Notes: generated by a model not told the origin, from the sequence alone. DNA of 64,000 nt from Mobula hypostoma (GCF_963921235.1 NC_086109.1:22570001-22634000); one strand, 5' to 3'; shown: positions 22,017 to 36,827, counted from the stretch's first letter. Translations and numbers: made by a program.

Positions 22017-24550
22017 TCATAGAACATAGAACAGTTCAGTACAGGAACGTCGGCCCGCCATGTCTATGGCAACTTTGCCAAACTAATTAATTCCATCTGC
22101 CTGTTCATGTACGTCGTACCTATCCAAATTACCACTCAAGCATTGCTATCATGAGTGATTCCACCATCTCCTCTGGCAGCACGTTTCAAGCACCCACCAC
22201 TCTCTGTGTAATAACCTTGCCTTATGAAACTCTGTCCTTCTAACCTTAAGAATATGCTCTCTTCTATTTGACATTTCCACCTTGTGTAAAAGGGTTCTGA
22301 ATACCTACCTCCCATAAATTTATTTAAGTCTCTCAGGTCGTTCCTCAGCCTTCAGCACCTCATCAGATCACAGTCCAAGTTTGTCCACCCTCTCCTTGCA
22401 GCTAATTCTCTCTTATCTTGGTGGATGACTTTTATATCCTCTCCACAGCTTCCTGTTATGTAGCAAACAGAACTGTGTCCTGACCAAAGTTTTTTGCGGC
22501 TTCAACATGAATTTTCTACTTTTATATTCTACTCCCCAAATGAAGAAGGCAAGCGTACCAAATGCCTTTTTTAAGAGAGTTCTTATCTAATTGTTGCCAC
22601 TTTCTGGAGGCTATGGACATGCAACCCAAAATCCCTCTATGAATCAATTTTCTTAAAGATCATGCCATTTACTATATATTTGCCATTAGAATTTGACTTC
22701 CAGAAGTGCAACACCTCACACTTTACAGGATTAGACTCTATTTCTCTGCCCAAGTTTCCAACCGATCCTTATCTTGCTGGATAATTTAACAACCTTTCTT
22801 GCTATATATATATTACAAACAACAGAGGTCCCAGCACTAAACCTTGAGAACTCAACTGGACAGAGATATCCAGTTAGACTAACACTCCTGCAGCACGACT
22901 TTCTGTTTTCTATAGGCAAGTCAATTTTGAATCTAATCTACCAAGTCTTCATGGATGCCATGTGCGTTAATCTTCTGGATCAGCCTACAATGAGGGACTT
23001 TGTTAAAAGCTTTACTAATGATCATGTTTTCGACATTCCTCATCAATCATTTTTGTTCTTCATCATCATCACCGTGCTGTGTCGAATGATATGGGAAACA
23101 CGCTCTGTGACCACAATTGTTTTTGGCAAGCTCTACAGAAGTGGTTTGTCATTGCCTTCTTCTGGGCAGTGTCTTTACAAGAAGGGTGACCCCAGCCATT
23201 ATCAATACTCTTCAGAAATTGTCTGCTTGGTGTCAGTGGTTGCATAACCAGGATTAGTGAAATGCACCAGCTGCTCCCATGGCTCCATGTGACCCTGATC
23301 TGGGCGGGTGGGGGGCTAAGCAGGTGCTACAGCTTGCCCAAGAGTGAGCTACAGGCTAGCGGAGGGAAGGAGCACCTTACATCTCCTTTGGTAGAGATGT
23401 ATCTCCACACCGCCACCCATTTTCGTTACCTCCTTAAAAACTTCAATAGAGTTTATAAGACAGGACCCCCTCCCCACAAAGCCATGCTGACTATCCCTAA
23501 TAAAACTATGCTTTTCTAACTACAAATAAATCCTAACCTTAAGGATTTTCTCCAATAATTTCCTGAAAACTGAGGTTCATCTGACTCTAACTTCCTTGTT
23601 TGTCTCTACTGCTCTTCTTAAACAAAGGAACAACATTGGCCATTCAACAGTCCTCTGGAACTTGACCTGTGGCTAATGCAGATGGAAAGATCTTTGTCAA
23701 AGCCCCAGCAATCTCTCTCCTTGCCTTCCTTAATAACCTTGGATGGATTCCATCAGGCCCTGGGGACTTAAGCACTTCTCCTTCTCTCTAGTTACTCTCT
23801 TGTTTTTAAATATGTATAAAAGGCCTTAGGATTCTCTTTAATCTATCTACCAAGGACATTTCATGGTAGCTTTTTGCATCCAACGCCCCCCCCCATCTCA
23901 TGTTTCCACATTTAAACTCTCTTTTGTTTCTTTATACGCCTCAATCACTCTAATTGATTTCAGCTTCCTAAACCTTTTTCTTTCCCTTTTTGACTAAATT
24001 TGCAACATCATTTCTCATCATCCCAAACTTCGTCTGGCTTCTGCACAGAAATATGTTGGTCTTGGATTCTGACCAGCTGGCCTTTAAGTGACTTCCACAT
24101 ATCGAATGTGAATTAACCCAACTAACAGCTGCTCCTAATCTACTCTTCCCCAGCTTCTGCCTAATACTGGTATAATTACTCTTTTTCCTAGCTAGTACTT
24201 TACACAGAGATCCAGTTTCATCCTTATCTACAACATCCTGAAGACTTACGGAGTTGTCTGCTGCTTCCAAAAATGCTCTCTCATTGAAACTCCCATTACC
24301 TGGCCTAGTTAATTTCCCAACACAAGGTCTAGTTTGGCCCCAACCCTGGTTATGCTATCTACAAACTGTGTCAAGAAGCCAGACTGGATATATGCAATAA
24401 ATCCTGTTTAATCTCAGCCTCTGGCACTCAGGGGGCCCCGAGTCAATATTGGGGAAATTAAAGTCACCCACTACAATTATCCTTTTGCTTTTACAACTTT
24501 CCACAATCAACCAATATATCTGTTCCCCATCTCATTCTGGACATTGGGAG
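22017..24550 (-). mobile_element. Heavily degenerate CR1 LINE fragments with a nested insertion at ~23050-23420
   Basis: catagaacatagaacag tail and CR1 ORF2-like remnants (e.g. aagtcccca-gggcctgatgg = KSPGPDG on minus at ~23750-23770). Confidence 0.65.
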
Positions 24551-24769
24551 GACTAACACCAAATGCCAGTCCAAAACCAAGTCTCAGACCAGCCGTCAGT
24601 TGTAGAAGGACTCACATGTTATAAAGATGAAGTCAGGCAATGTTTCCAACAGTGGTACAATCCTTCCCAATGAGCTTACTGCATTATATACACATTTTGA
24701 ACTGAAGGTGATTGAGATGTCACCACCCACCCCAATAGCCATAATCGAGTTACCATTGCAGGTGTGAGA

Positions 24770-26150
24770 TCAGGCTTCCAGAAAATGAACCCATGGAAAG
24801 AATCTAGCCCAGATGGTGTCCCTGGCTACATCTTTAGATCCTGTACAGATCAGTAGGTGGGGTTATTTATAGACATTTTTAACCTCTCCTTACTTCAATC
24901 TGATGCTCTGGCTTGCTTTCGGAAGGCCACCATCATCCTGCTGAGTAAGGTAACGTGACTTAACAATGACTGCCTGGTGGCTCTGACATGAAGTGCATCA
25001 AGAGGCTGGTCGTGGCATATGTACTCACTCCAGCCTCCCAGAAAACCACAAGCCACTGCAAGTCACCCGCTGCTGAAATGGGTCTACAACAGAAACCATG
25101 TCTCTGGCCCTACACCCATCCCTGGAGCATCTGGACAGTAAAAAATTATGTTACTCTATTGTTTATTGACTACAGCTCCACCTCCAATACTATAATTCCA
25201 AACAAGTTCACTTCTGAACTCGCACACCCAGGACTCAATGCCTCCCTTTGCCACTGGAACCTTGACTTCCTGAACAAGAAGTCACAATCAGTAAGAATAG
25301 GCGAATAGGCAGCAACACTTCTACCACAATTGTCCCCAAAACTGGTGTCCCACAAGGCTGTGCCTTCAACCCCTTATTCTACTCCTTATGCACCCATGAC
25401 TGCCTGGGCAGATTCTGCTCCAAAACCATTTACAAATTTGTAGGTAGTACCACCCTGTAGTGGGCTGCGTCGCAAATCACGGTGAGTCCGAGCACAGGAG
25501 GGAGATAGAGAGCCTAGTGACATGGCACCATGACAACAACCTTACCCTCAGTGTCAGCAAAACAGAACAGCCAGTCAATCATGAGGTGGGGTGGCAGGCA
25601 TGCTTCAGTTTACATCAACGGTGCTGAGGTGGAGAAGGTAGAGAACTTCAACTTCCTAGGAGTGAACATCACCAACAGCCTGCCCTGATCTTACCATGTT
25701 GATGCAACAGTTTGAAAAGCACACCAGTACATCAACTGCCTTAGGAGGTGAACATGTCCTCGTCGGCCCTTACCAGTCTTTATCAATGCACCGTAGAGAG
25801 CATCCTGTTTGACTGCACCGCAGCTTGGAGACAACTGTGCGGCCTGTGACCGTAAGACACCGCAGAGAGTTGTAGGCAATACTCGGCACACCACAGAAAC
25901 CAGCCTCTGCTCTGTGGACTCTCTCTACTCATCTTGCCGACTTGGTAAGGCAAGAGACCCCACCCACTCTGGATATTCGCCCTTCTTCCCCCTCCCATGT
26001 GGCAGAAGTTATAAAAGCCTGAAAGCACTCTTCGCCAAGCTCAAACACAACTCTAACCTGCTGTTATAAGACAGTTCCCCAGTATGATAATATGGTCTCT
26101 TGTTCTCACAATCTACCTCGTTAAGACCTTGCACCTTATTGCCTGCCTGC
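24770..26150 (+). mobile_element. Rex1/Babar-like LINE, degenerate reverse transcriptase
   Basis: Remnants MKCIKRLV, VTLLFIDYSSTSNTIIPNK, LCHWNLDFL, TGVPQGC, FYQCTVESIL. Confidence 0.85.
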
Positions 26151-28571
26151 ACTGTATTTCATTTATTTATTATTTATTGACATACAGTGCGGAGTAGGCC
26201 CTGCCAGCCTTTCCAGCTGTATTACCCTTCAAGCCAAGCCCCACCAGCTACCCCCGACTGAACCCTAGTCTAATCACGGGACAATTTACAATAACCAATT
26301 AACCTACCAACCAGTACATCTTTGGACTGCAGGAGGAAACCAGAGTACCCGGAGGAAACCCACATGGTCCTAGGAAGAATCTACAACCTCCTTACAGACT
26401 TGATTACACTTTATTCTGCAATTTGTTAATATTTTTACCTGTATTGCCTCATGCAGTGTTATAATGATCTATATGTAAGACAGGTTTTTCACTGTACCTC
26501 GGTACACGTGACAATATACTGACTTACCAGGATAGCGTTCATACCTTCCTTATTCCCAAACTCTGCCCACATTACTTCACTGGTTGAGCCTCCCAGGATA
26601 TGTTGTCTGTGTGCCTCTGTGACATTCTCCCAGACCAGAAATTGCACCCCTCTCCATCATCTCCGGATAGGATGCTTTCTACAGTTCATTGATGAAACTC
26701 GTGAGGGTAGACAGGGTCTGGAAAGTTGAAGTGGCGGTCCTGCCCTTCTCTCAGCCAAGACTCTGTAATGGCTCCACATTGTAATCCAGGCCTAACATTC
26801 GTCTGCCTTACCTGTAACACTGCTTACTTTGAAAATTATACACTTCTGCTCCTCAGTCCCACGGTGTTCGGTAACCTGGCCCTGCCAGGCCTTCCTCTCA
26901 GCCTTACCTGAACGAACATCCATATACCATTCAATCCCTCCACTCGCTGACCTGGAGCTCATGTTCCTACCCCATGATTTTCTTTATTTCATGTTACCTT
27001 ACAATATAGAAGAAGGCCTTTCAGCCCATTGTCTGTATGCCAGCCCTTCGAGGAGCTCCATCAATCCTCCTCTCCTGCCTAATTTGCTGTAATTTATTCT
27101 CACATATCCATCAACTTTTTCCAATTTTCCTCTCACCCATCTGCACTGCAGGCAGTTTGCAGTAACCAGTTAGTCTATCAAACCCGCTCGTCTTTTGCAA
27201 TAAGTGAAGAAACTAGAACAGCCAGTCGCAGGCAGAACCTAGAAACTCTGCACAGACAGCATCAGAGGTCTAGAATATTACAACAGTGCAGTAGCACCCT
27301 CTTCTGAAGCTTGGGCACACTTGCAGAGCAAGTTATGGAGAGTTTTTATCTATATCCAAACAATGTTCTAACAGTTTTGCTTTAATGTAGGGCAATGATA
27401 ACAATGCTCTGCTCTGTGTTTTACCCATGCCAAACCTGCTCTATCAGCATGTGATGTGACTGTGCAGTTGGGAATTTAATCTTTCTCTAACCTTGGCTGT
27501 CAATGCCCTTGAATTATTTTTGGAATTTTTGATGGAAAAATGATGTTTAATCTTTAATCTTCTTGTCCCTGCCCTGGAGTACGGAATGGAATAGTGTGGA
27601 GTAAACTTTACTCTGAATCTAATCCTTGGCATATCTAGAAAGCCTAGAGCACAATACAGGCCCTTCGGCCCACAAAGCTGTGCCAAACATGTCCTTACTT
27701 TAGAAATTATCTAGGGTTACTCATGGCCCTCTACTTTTCAAAGCTCCATGTACCTATCCAGGAGTTTCTGAAAAGACCCCTGAGTGTGTGCTGGATAGGA
27801 TGATGCAGAAGGAGTATCACTCTGTATCAGTCCTGCTGAAGGGTTTCAGCCCAAAACATCGACTGTACTCTTTTCCATAGATGCTGCCTGGCCTGCTGAG
27901 TTCCTCCAGCATTTTGTGTGTGTTGCCTAGTCTGTATCTATCACCTAGTGGACGTGACCAGAGGTAAAGGATTAAGATTAGCTTTATTTGTCACATGTAC
28001 ATGGAAATATACAGTGAAATACGTCATTATGCGTCAATGATTGACACAGTCCAAGGTTGTTCTGGGGGCAGCCTGCAAGTGTTGCTATGCTTCCAGCACT
28101 GATATAGCATGGCCACAGCTTACCAGCCCAAACCCTAAGCATACATCTTTGGAATGTGGGAGGAAATGTGAGCACCTGGAGGAAAGCCACATGGTCACGG
28201 ACAGAATGCACTAACCCCTCACAGACAGCAGTAGGAATCAAAGCCGATTGGTGGTCACTGGCTCCTTGAAGTGATTGCAGTAACTGCTATGCTACTGCCT
28301 ATCCCAGCATGTGAAGACAGACTCTGGCGGATTGAGCGGATGAGACCAATGGAAGGTCCAACGGTCAAGAAGGCGGTCTCTGCAAGCGTCGTGGAACATG
28401 TAGAGCACAACAAGACACAGAAGACGCCCTAGTCATCCACCGTGCCTAGTCCCATCTCCAGCCGTCCGGACTCTTGTCTTGCCATTGGATCCAGATGGGA
28501 ATTGGGAAGAGAGAGTGAGGCTGACACTATGCAACTCTCCCTCACTTAAATCCACTTGACACTATCAAGCT

Positions 28572-28706
28572 GGCTGGTGGTGTAGTGGCATCAGCGCGGG
28601 ACTTCGGGGCAAGAGGTCCTGAGTTCAAATCTGGCTGGATCTCGTGCACGCGCTCCATCCGTGCTGGGTTGAGTGTTGAGCTAGCAACTCAACCTCGTTA
28701 AAAAAA
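28572..28706 (+). mobile_element. tRNA-derived SINE 5' region
   Basis: A box TGGTGTAGTGG, B box GAGTTCAAATC, then gagctagcaactc motif and an A tract. Confidence 0.7.
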
Positions 28707-28849
28707 GTATTAATGGTGTCTAGGTCTTCATCGATGACGATGGATGAACCTTATGCTACTGTACTGTCCATTTATAGGATACTAGAAATGTACTGCAGTT
28801 TCTGTATTTGTCAAGATTAGTTTTCCACTCGGTTTCCAGTTTTCAATCC

Positions 28850-29135
28850 TTTGTCTGTGAAGATTTTGGCCATGGGGAACTAATGCTGAACTCTGCCATG
28901 GTTATGAATGGAGGAGATTTTGGCATGGAGCTAGCAACCCTCATCCTGTAAAAAAAAACATAGCTACAGAAACACCAACAGAAGCTCTTAAGACCTCATC
29001 CTGGGAAAGGAAGGGTTTCTAAAGATAGGATACACCTGAGGACAACTTGAAAGACTGGCCCAGGACAGAGGACTCTGGTGAGATGCTGTCGGTGGCCTAA
29101 TCCCCAGTTGGGATAATAGGGCTTAAGAAGAAGAA
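28850..29135 (+). mobile_element. RTE-type LINE/SINE 3' fragment
   Basis: ctggcccaggacagaggactctgg...gtcggtggccta...ggcttaagaagaagaa tail. Confidence 0.5.
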
Positions 29136-30739
29136 CGAATGCCGAGTTCCAAAATCTACTCCTAATATGCCAGATGTTTCTGTGTAAAAAATAATCAGAT
29201 GTTTGCAAGGACAACAACACAGTCACTGCAGTGCCGGGTACTTTCATGCCAATGCCTACAAATTAATTTCATGACTTTTCAACCTCTTCAACTTGAGAAT
29301 ACAGATTAATCAATTGATAATGCATATATCTGATGTTCAGTGCTGGATTTTGGCAGTAAGCTGGACTAATCGACATGTCCCTTGTGAGAAGATCACACGT
29401 CCTGCTAGATGACGTGATGACACTGAATCAGCTTCAAGTCAACCCATTGTTGAGTAACCAGAGATCATTTGGGAGGAGGAACAAGTCTCTATTGGGATTC
29501 TTCCTAATTGATCTCAAAGGTTCAAAGGTCCAACTTAATGTCAGAGAAATGTATACAATATACATCCTGAAAAGCTTTTTCTTTGTAAACATCCACAAAA
29601 ACAGAGAAGTGCCCCAGAGAATGACTGACGGTTAAACATAAGAACCCCAGTGTGGTTCCCAAAGTGAACCCCACTCTATGGTTTGGTCTTGAAGCTCTTC
29701 CCGTTGGGCTGTACTCAATCCCACAAGCACAATGCCTAATGGCAAATCCAATTCTGACTGCAAGTGCTTGGCATTAACAGGCTGCATCATCCCAGTTGCC
29801 TACCCTACTTTGAGTTGGACACCTTTCCAACCTGTGCATGGGTGAGTGAGGACTGTCAATACAGAGAAAGAACATGGTTTGAAAAGAAAATTTCACTAAT
29901 TTTCGGTGGTTTCAAGATTCTTAAATGTGATTATTGGCTTCCACAAGTTAAAGAGTTAGCCAGTTGCATCTAGTCCAGTACCATGCTTTTAAAATCATGT
30001 TTTCTTAAGAAAACTGAAGATGGGCCTCTTGAGGAAACGTTGTCCAAGCTCCCCCACAATTCTCCAAATGGAATGATGTCATTTCCTATGCCCCTGGATG
30101 GGGTGTAAATGTGCCTGGGTTCAGAAATACCTAGTCCAATTTCCAGCGAGATGTGAATCAGAATCAAGTTTAATATCACTGGCATATGTTGTGAAATGAC
30201 CCAGAAGTGATCATCATCTTTCACTTGAGAAGAAATTATAATTTCAGTCCCAAAACCATGGTAGGAGGTAAGGATCGAATTAACTAATGCTAAGACTAGT
30301 TCAAAATCAATTAAACTATTTGCCAACCTCAAATGAAGCTGCGTCTTACTGAGCAAAGAAGTTTCCTGCGATTGAACATTTCACATTAAGCATCAGAGAG
30401 AAAAAGAGAAAAGATTAGCTTGATTTGTCACGTGTCCATCAAAATGTCAAAATGTAGAGTGAAATGCATCAATGACCAACATAATCTGAATATGTGGACA
30501 GTCTGCAAGTGTTACCATGTTTTCAGCATCAACATAGCTTGCTCACAACTTACTGACCCTAACCCATATGGCTTTGGAAAGTAGACGGAAATCAGAGCAC
30601 CAGAGGGAACTCAGACAGTCATGGAGAACGTAGAAACTCTTTACAGAGAGAGGCAGAAATTGAACCCTGATAGGTGATTGCTGTCACTGTAACAGCATTA
30701 CACTAACAAGCACTGAACAAGCACCACCAGTCATATATG

Positions 30740-31380
30740 GTGAAGTAGTGGAAAGGGTCCCCAATATACATCACTGAGGAGCTCTCTTGGTCTATCAACA
30801 CAACCTCAATAGTAGGGAAGGCACAACAGTGACTATACTACCTGAGGTGCTTAAGGAGAGCTAATCAGCTGCAAAAATTGCTGGCAAACTTTTATTGATG
30901 TGCGATAGAAACTGTACTGGCATACAGCATGACTGTGTGGTACTCCAGCTGCAGCAAGACAGATCATAGAGCACTCCAGCAGAAGATTAGGATGTCTCAG
31001 CACATCATTGGGACTCAAGTACCAACTCACAATATCAATAATGCACTCATAATATCAATAATGACCCATCCCATCCCGGACACCGTCTCTTCAATCTCCC
31101 GCCATCTGGTAAGAGATAGAGAAACATCTTAGCCAAGGCAGTAAGACTGAAAAACAGCTTCTTCCCGAGGGCTGTTGTGCGGCTGAATGATGCTACATCC
31201 CAGCTCACCAATGGTCTTTCAGTGTCATGGACTATCAAAGTCAATTATTGCAAGTAAATATGGAAATAATTTATTTTTAAATTAAATCATACTGCATGCA
31301 TTGTATCTGTTTTGCATGGACTGGATTAGTACTGCAATCTCATTGTCTTGAGCAATGACAATAATGTTTAATTCTATTCT
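30740..31380 (+). mobile_element. Rex1/Babar-like LINE 3' portion
   Basis: MTVWYSSCSKTDHRALQ, RLKNSFFPRAV remnants; gcaatgacaataa...ttctattcta tail. Confidence 0.75.
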
Positions 31381-32350
31381 AACCGCTACACTTCCATGCT
31401 GCCCGCAATGACTTGAGGAAGAGGAGTTTGACTTAAGCACGAAGCACCGAGATATTTTTGGTTATGACTGCTGGGATCCACAGCACAACCTTGCACCTCC
31501 TCTGGAAATTAATGCTCAAATCAATCACTGAGTAATTAGCCATACTTCACAGGAAATGAGAGGATGTGATAGATTGCGTTTACAAGTTAATGGCTGCTTT
31601 ATTTTTGCAAAGAAATTTTGTGTTGAATGAGTTAGTGATGTATCTTACTTCTTTTCAACAATAAGTGCAAAGGGAGCACACAATAGTTGGCAGCACTTCT
31701 TTGGCATCTTCTAAAAAGGATGTCATTGACACTGATGAAAGTGTGTCAGCTTCAGTGAAGTGTCTTGAAGCCTTCATCTAACGTTTTCTGAAGGGAAAGA
31801 ACCCAGCAAACCAAAATTCATGCAATTCCTCTTCTGATCACTGAGATTCAAAGTGCATTACTATCAATTTTTTCTTTGAAGAGCAACTACAGTTGCAAAG
31901 CTGCAGTAAATTTTTGCACAGCAAGATGTCACATAAACTATTGAGATAAATGACTAGGTAATCATTTCCTCCAATGCTGGCTGAGAGATAACTGATTCTT
32001 TCTGCTTTGACTTTTTTTTAAGCGTTTCTTACAGGTTAACCTGGAAAACACAGATTTATTCAATCTTAATATAAAAACTGATCTGCACTTGCTTGAAATC
32101 CAAAATAAAAACACACAGCAGACCAGGAAGCATCCATGGAAAGAGAAAAAGAGTTAACGTTTCAGGCTGAAAGCCCTTGCTCAAAAGAGAAGTGTTTCCA
32201 CTGTGTTCTGTTTGGAAGCAGTGACAAGATGCTGGATGAAACAGAATATGTTGCCTGGAAGTGAAATCTATGCAACAAATGACACACCAAGCCCTCAGGA
32301 AGTTAATGATCCCAAACGAACTAATAGGATAGGGAGCGTTTGAGATTCAA

Positions 32351-32365
32351 ACACACACACACACG

Positions 32366-32415
<50 letters not shown>
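32351..32415. repeat. (CA)n microsatellite
   Basis: Directly visible, with two CG interruptions. Confidence 0.95.
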
Positions 32416-32416
<1 letters not shown>

Positions 32417-33924
32417 CAAACCACTGGGCGTTGTAAAGTATTAATGTCCTGAACTTCAGGGTGAACGTAGGGAGGTTGCAATTTGATATGAATGTAATTT
32501 CATTCTATTATGAAAAGAGAGTAATCAATATCTAACCATAATCTTCACTGAAAATAAGCTTTTATGTCACCAAATGCTCTCAAGGCAGATGTCACTAAAA
32601 GTGGGCAGTGTGCAGTTTGCTGCTGGCTGGCTTGATTTACCAAGGTTCAACAGTATGTAGATCATTGATGCATTGCTGACATAGATTGAAAGCTGCACCA
32701 ACAGTCATATTGCTGTAGCCACAAATTGGCCCACATCACCAACTGGAAAGACATATTTCCCACTTACATGAAGTCTTGGCAGTGAATTCTTAAAAGGAAA
32801 TGCACAAAGACTAAAAAAAGAGAGAAAAATCTCTTCATGTGAATGCATTTGAAAATTTGTTACTCAAAATGCCTTGGACAAAGAAACATTGATTTACATT
32901 GAGTGGAATGGTCAGGCAAAAAAGAAACAAACATACTCATCTGGCCTAAAATTCCTGTTTCTAAACAATTGTTCTTAATGATTCTTCTGAATGTTGTGAT
33001 GTTTCAGTGATAGAATCATTAAGATTTTGGGTTGTTTAGTTCAACTGTTGTAGAAGTTGAAAGGCAGAGGGAGATAACAGTGAAAAGAATGTATTGATAT
33101 ATGTTTTCCAGTTGAAAACATCTTAAAATTAACACCAATAGCAGTAATCTGTAAAATAAGTGATCAGAGTTTTCCACCTCCTGACCTTGCAAGATCTTCA
33201 CAGTAAATCATCTAGTGATGATTAACTGTGTGATTTTTATTTTTTCATTGTGGAAGAATTGGTTGATTGTTCACAATGCTGCTAATCAAGCTGAAGGCAC
33301 TTATGAAGCATTGGCATTATTTTTTTTTGCCAAGATAAACATTGTATGTGTGTGTGTGTGTGTGTGTATGTGGAACTGAAAGTAATGAATGGATTGAAAG
33401 TGTCAAACGTGAGAAGGAAAAACTTTGGTGATGAGACAAACCAACAGTAGGAATAATTCACCCATTTTGAAAAGGAGCTGATGCATTAGTTTTCTCTCGC
33501 CACTCTAGATGAAGGGGAAACCAAAGGAGATGAAGAATTTCTCATTTTGAGTTGCTGAAGGAAAATGAATTTGAATTGAAAACTTCGATTCCGACAAAGG
33601 AGGTTAGAGGACCGAATAATATTTTTAAAAGACCTATTGTGCAAAACACTCCTCTCCCTCTTTGCTCTATTTTCCCCAGTCCTCCACAATCGCTTCTCCC
33701 CATACAGCATTTTCCATCACTACTATCTTCTCTGTCTCCTTCTCTCTGCACTTCTATATAGCTCTTCATTCTTCTCTTTCACCCTTTCTCTGTCTAGCTG
33801 CTTCCCTCACACTTTCTCTCTTACTCCCCACTTCCTTTTTATTATCTCTTTCGTCATCTGTCTCCCTTCATCCTGTTCCTCAATTTTTCCCTTGCAATTT
33901 TCACCCCAACTTCACTATGAAAAA

Positions 33925-34198
33925 CAAAATGCATCCAGTGAGTGGCAGGTCCGTTGGCAAAGCCCCTTGTTAATGAGAGAGGTCAGAGGAGAATGGTTAA
34001 GCTGGTTCAAGCTGACAGGAAGGTGACAGTAACTCAAATAACCATGCGTTACAACAGCGGTGTGCAGAAGAGCATTTCTGAAAGCACAACACATTGAACC
34101 TTGAAGTGGATGGGCTACAGGAGCAGAAGACCATGAACATACACTCAGTGACCACTTTATTTTGTACAGGAGATGCCTAACAAAGTAGCTACTGAATG
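33925..34198 (+). mobile_element. Partial copy of the non-autonomous Tc1 seen at 10255-10963
   Basis: taatgagagaggtcagaggagaatg...cactcagtgaccactttatt...aaagtagctactgaatg|ta. Confidence 0.8.
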
Positions 34199-34502
34199 TA
34201 CATGAACGATAATAAACCTGATTCTGATATGCTAAATCATCACATTCAGAAACGATTTTTCTACTTTTTATGTATAATGCAACATTCAGTCAGTGCACGA
34301 GGAAATGCCTCAAACTCTTTTTAACAGTACCACTGAGGCAAATTAAATGTTTTCAGACCTCTGGGAGTCTGTGAACTCTCTTGACTCCATCAGCTAAGCC
34401 CAATCTAGCAGTCAAAACAGCAGGTCACCATCACCTTCTCAAGAGCATCTAAGGTTGGATAATGTGCTGATTTGTCACCAAGAGCAGAAATGAGTGAAAT
34501 CA

Positions 34503-34705
34503 GGTAGCATAGTGGTTAGCACAATGGTTTACAGTACAAGTGACACAGGTTCAATTTCTGGCGGTGCCTATAAGGAGTTTGTATGTTCTCCCCTTGACCA
34601 TGTAGGTTTCCTCCAGGTTCTCTGGTTTCCTCCCACAGTCCAAAAACATATCAGTTTGCAGGTTAATTGGTCATTGTAGATAGTCCTGTGGTTACGCTGG
34701 GATTG
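34503..34705 (+). mobile_element. HE1/V-SINE-like SINE
   Basis: A box tagcatagtgg, B box ggttcaatt, conserved core. Confidence 0.75.
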
Positions 34706-34814
34706 ATTATGAAATGTTTGATTTGATAATGCAGTATGAGCAGTATTCTATATGTACCTGGTGTTGCATCTGACCTAGAAGGGTTTGGTCTACTTCTCAA
34801 CTATGTTAGACTTT

Positions 34815-35380
34815 GTAAAAATTATTGATATTGTATAGACATTGGTGAGGCCAATGTTGGAATATTGTTTGCATTTCTGGTCACCTACTACAAGAAGATA
34901 TCAATAAGATTGAAAGAGTACGGAGAAAATTTACAAGGACGTTGCCAGGACTTGAGGACCCAAATTACAGGTTAGGACTTTTTTTCCCAGGAGCATAGGA
35001 GAATGTGGGGTGATTTAATAGAGGTGTGCAAATTTACAAGGAATATAGATGGGGTAAATGCAAGCAGGCTTTTTTCACTGAGCTTGGTCGAGACTAGAAC
35101 TTGAGGTCATATGTTAAGGGTGAAAGTTGAACCATTTGAAGGGAACTGCTTCACTCAGAGGGTGGTGCAAGTGTGGAATGAGCTGCCAGCAGAAGTAGCG
35201 GAAGCAGAATTGATTGTAACATTTAAGAGAAGTTTGGATAGATACCTGGATGAGGGGAATATGAATGTCTATGGTTTGGTTGCAGGAAATGAGGCTAAAC
35301 ACAAGAGCAGATGAGCATGGACTAGTTGGGCCAAAAGTCCTCTTTCCAGGTTGCACCATTTAGGAATCTATAACTCTGTG
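34815..35380 (+). mobile_element. CR1 LINE 3' end
   Basis: LVRPMLEYCLHFWSP / IERVRRKFTR / FTQRVVQVWNELPAEV remnants. Confidence 0.85.
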
Positions 35381-36200
35381 ATCTCCCTGGGGCCATTTGA
35401 TGAGCATTGCGGAGTAAGCTCTACTCTGTTCTCGTCTGCAGTGTACCTAATGCTTTAAAGTTACAAAAAGTAGGAAAATGTCCCATTTTCCATCACTGAC
35501 ACTCATCACTGTTGATGAGATATAAATTGACATAAGCTTGTAAAATCAGTTCTGCAATCCTCTTGATCTTTATTGCTGACTGGATGTCCAACTTAAAAGT
35601 GCCAAAAATGGATTTCAACAGAGAAAGAAGATCAAACACCAGAAAACTGTTCAGATATGGTCAGGTTGTACTCTTCATTTGATGTGTGATCCTTTTGATG
35701 TGCTTGATCTTTATTTATCTGAAAAATGCCAATACTTTGCAACATATCATAAACGCTGAATCTTTTCTTCAATGGAATAAAGTATATTACTAACTAAAAT
35801 GATGTTATCGTGATCACAAACCTTCTCTTTAGACTCATTGAATCACATCCTATGACTTAGATCTTCCTTTTTGTACTTATTTGGAGTGAAAGTCTGAATT
35901 GAGGAACCAGTGAGGCAAATATCAGCATTAAACAAATTAGACACTCAAGAAAAATGCATTTGCTGAAAACTTGGAGCTACACAAAAATTGCTGGAGAAAT
36001 TTAGCAGGCCAGGCTGCATCTATGGAGGGAACTGAACAGTCAACGTTCAAAGTCTCAAAGTTTCAAAGTACATTTATTATCAAAGTATGTATGTGGGATA
36101 CAACTCTGAGATTTGTCCTCCCCATAGACAGCCACGAAACAAAGAAAAATCATGAAACCCATTCAAAGAAAGACATCATCTCCACTCCCCCCACCCCAAT

Positions 36201-36416
36201 GGGGGAGGGGGAAAGGGGGGAGAGGGATGGAGAGAGGGGGAGAGTGGGGTAGAGAGAGAGAGGGAGAGAGAGGGGGAGGGAGAGAGAGAGGGGACAGAGA
36301 GTGGGGAGGGAGAGGGGAATGGAGAGTGGGGAGAGGGGTGGAGAGGGGGGAGAAGGGTGGAGGGGGGAGAGGGGGAGGGGGGTCGAGAGAGAGAGGGAGA
36401 GAGAGGGAGAGAGAGA
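36201..36416. repeat. Purine-rich (GA/GGA) low-complexity tract inside a repeat
   Basis: Directly visible. Confidence 0.9.
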
Positions 36417-36827
36417 CCACCACACGCAGATATTTTGCTCTGGCAACAGCCAGTGAGAGGGTGGTTAACCATGCTGAACACTTGCTCGCCTCCCATACTC
36501 GCCTCAACGATTTCAATCTTCCTTGGTACTTTAGTCAGTGAGATCGGTGGGCAATGGAGTCGATCGTGGGCTCACGCACCATCTCCAGGTTTCTTGGCCT
36601 CCAGGCCACATGCTTTGCTTGCAGCCTCGTGGATCATTCTCAGGCACAGAGAAGTGTCAGATCACTCAGCTGGCCCAAAAACACAAGAACAAAATGTGGA
36701 TCACAGGTGCTGAACAGTAGACAGAACCACATTTGAAAGAAAAAGAAGACATAAAAGAAGTGAAAGAAGTCAATTTGTAAACCATCTGGACAATGTCACC
36801 TTTGGTAGCATCTCTGGTGTTTTGGGT

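Noticed and set aside
28572..28645. Possible tRNA gene
   Set aside because: A/B boxes are present but there is no convincing cloverleaf; it continues into SINE body sequence and the head recurs at 10268.
36150..36541. Overlapping Pro/Ser/Leu- and Gly/Arg/Glu-rich ORFs
   Set aside because: Artefacts of a GA-rich low-complexity tract.
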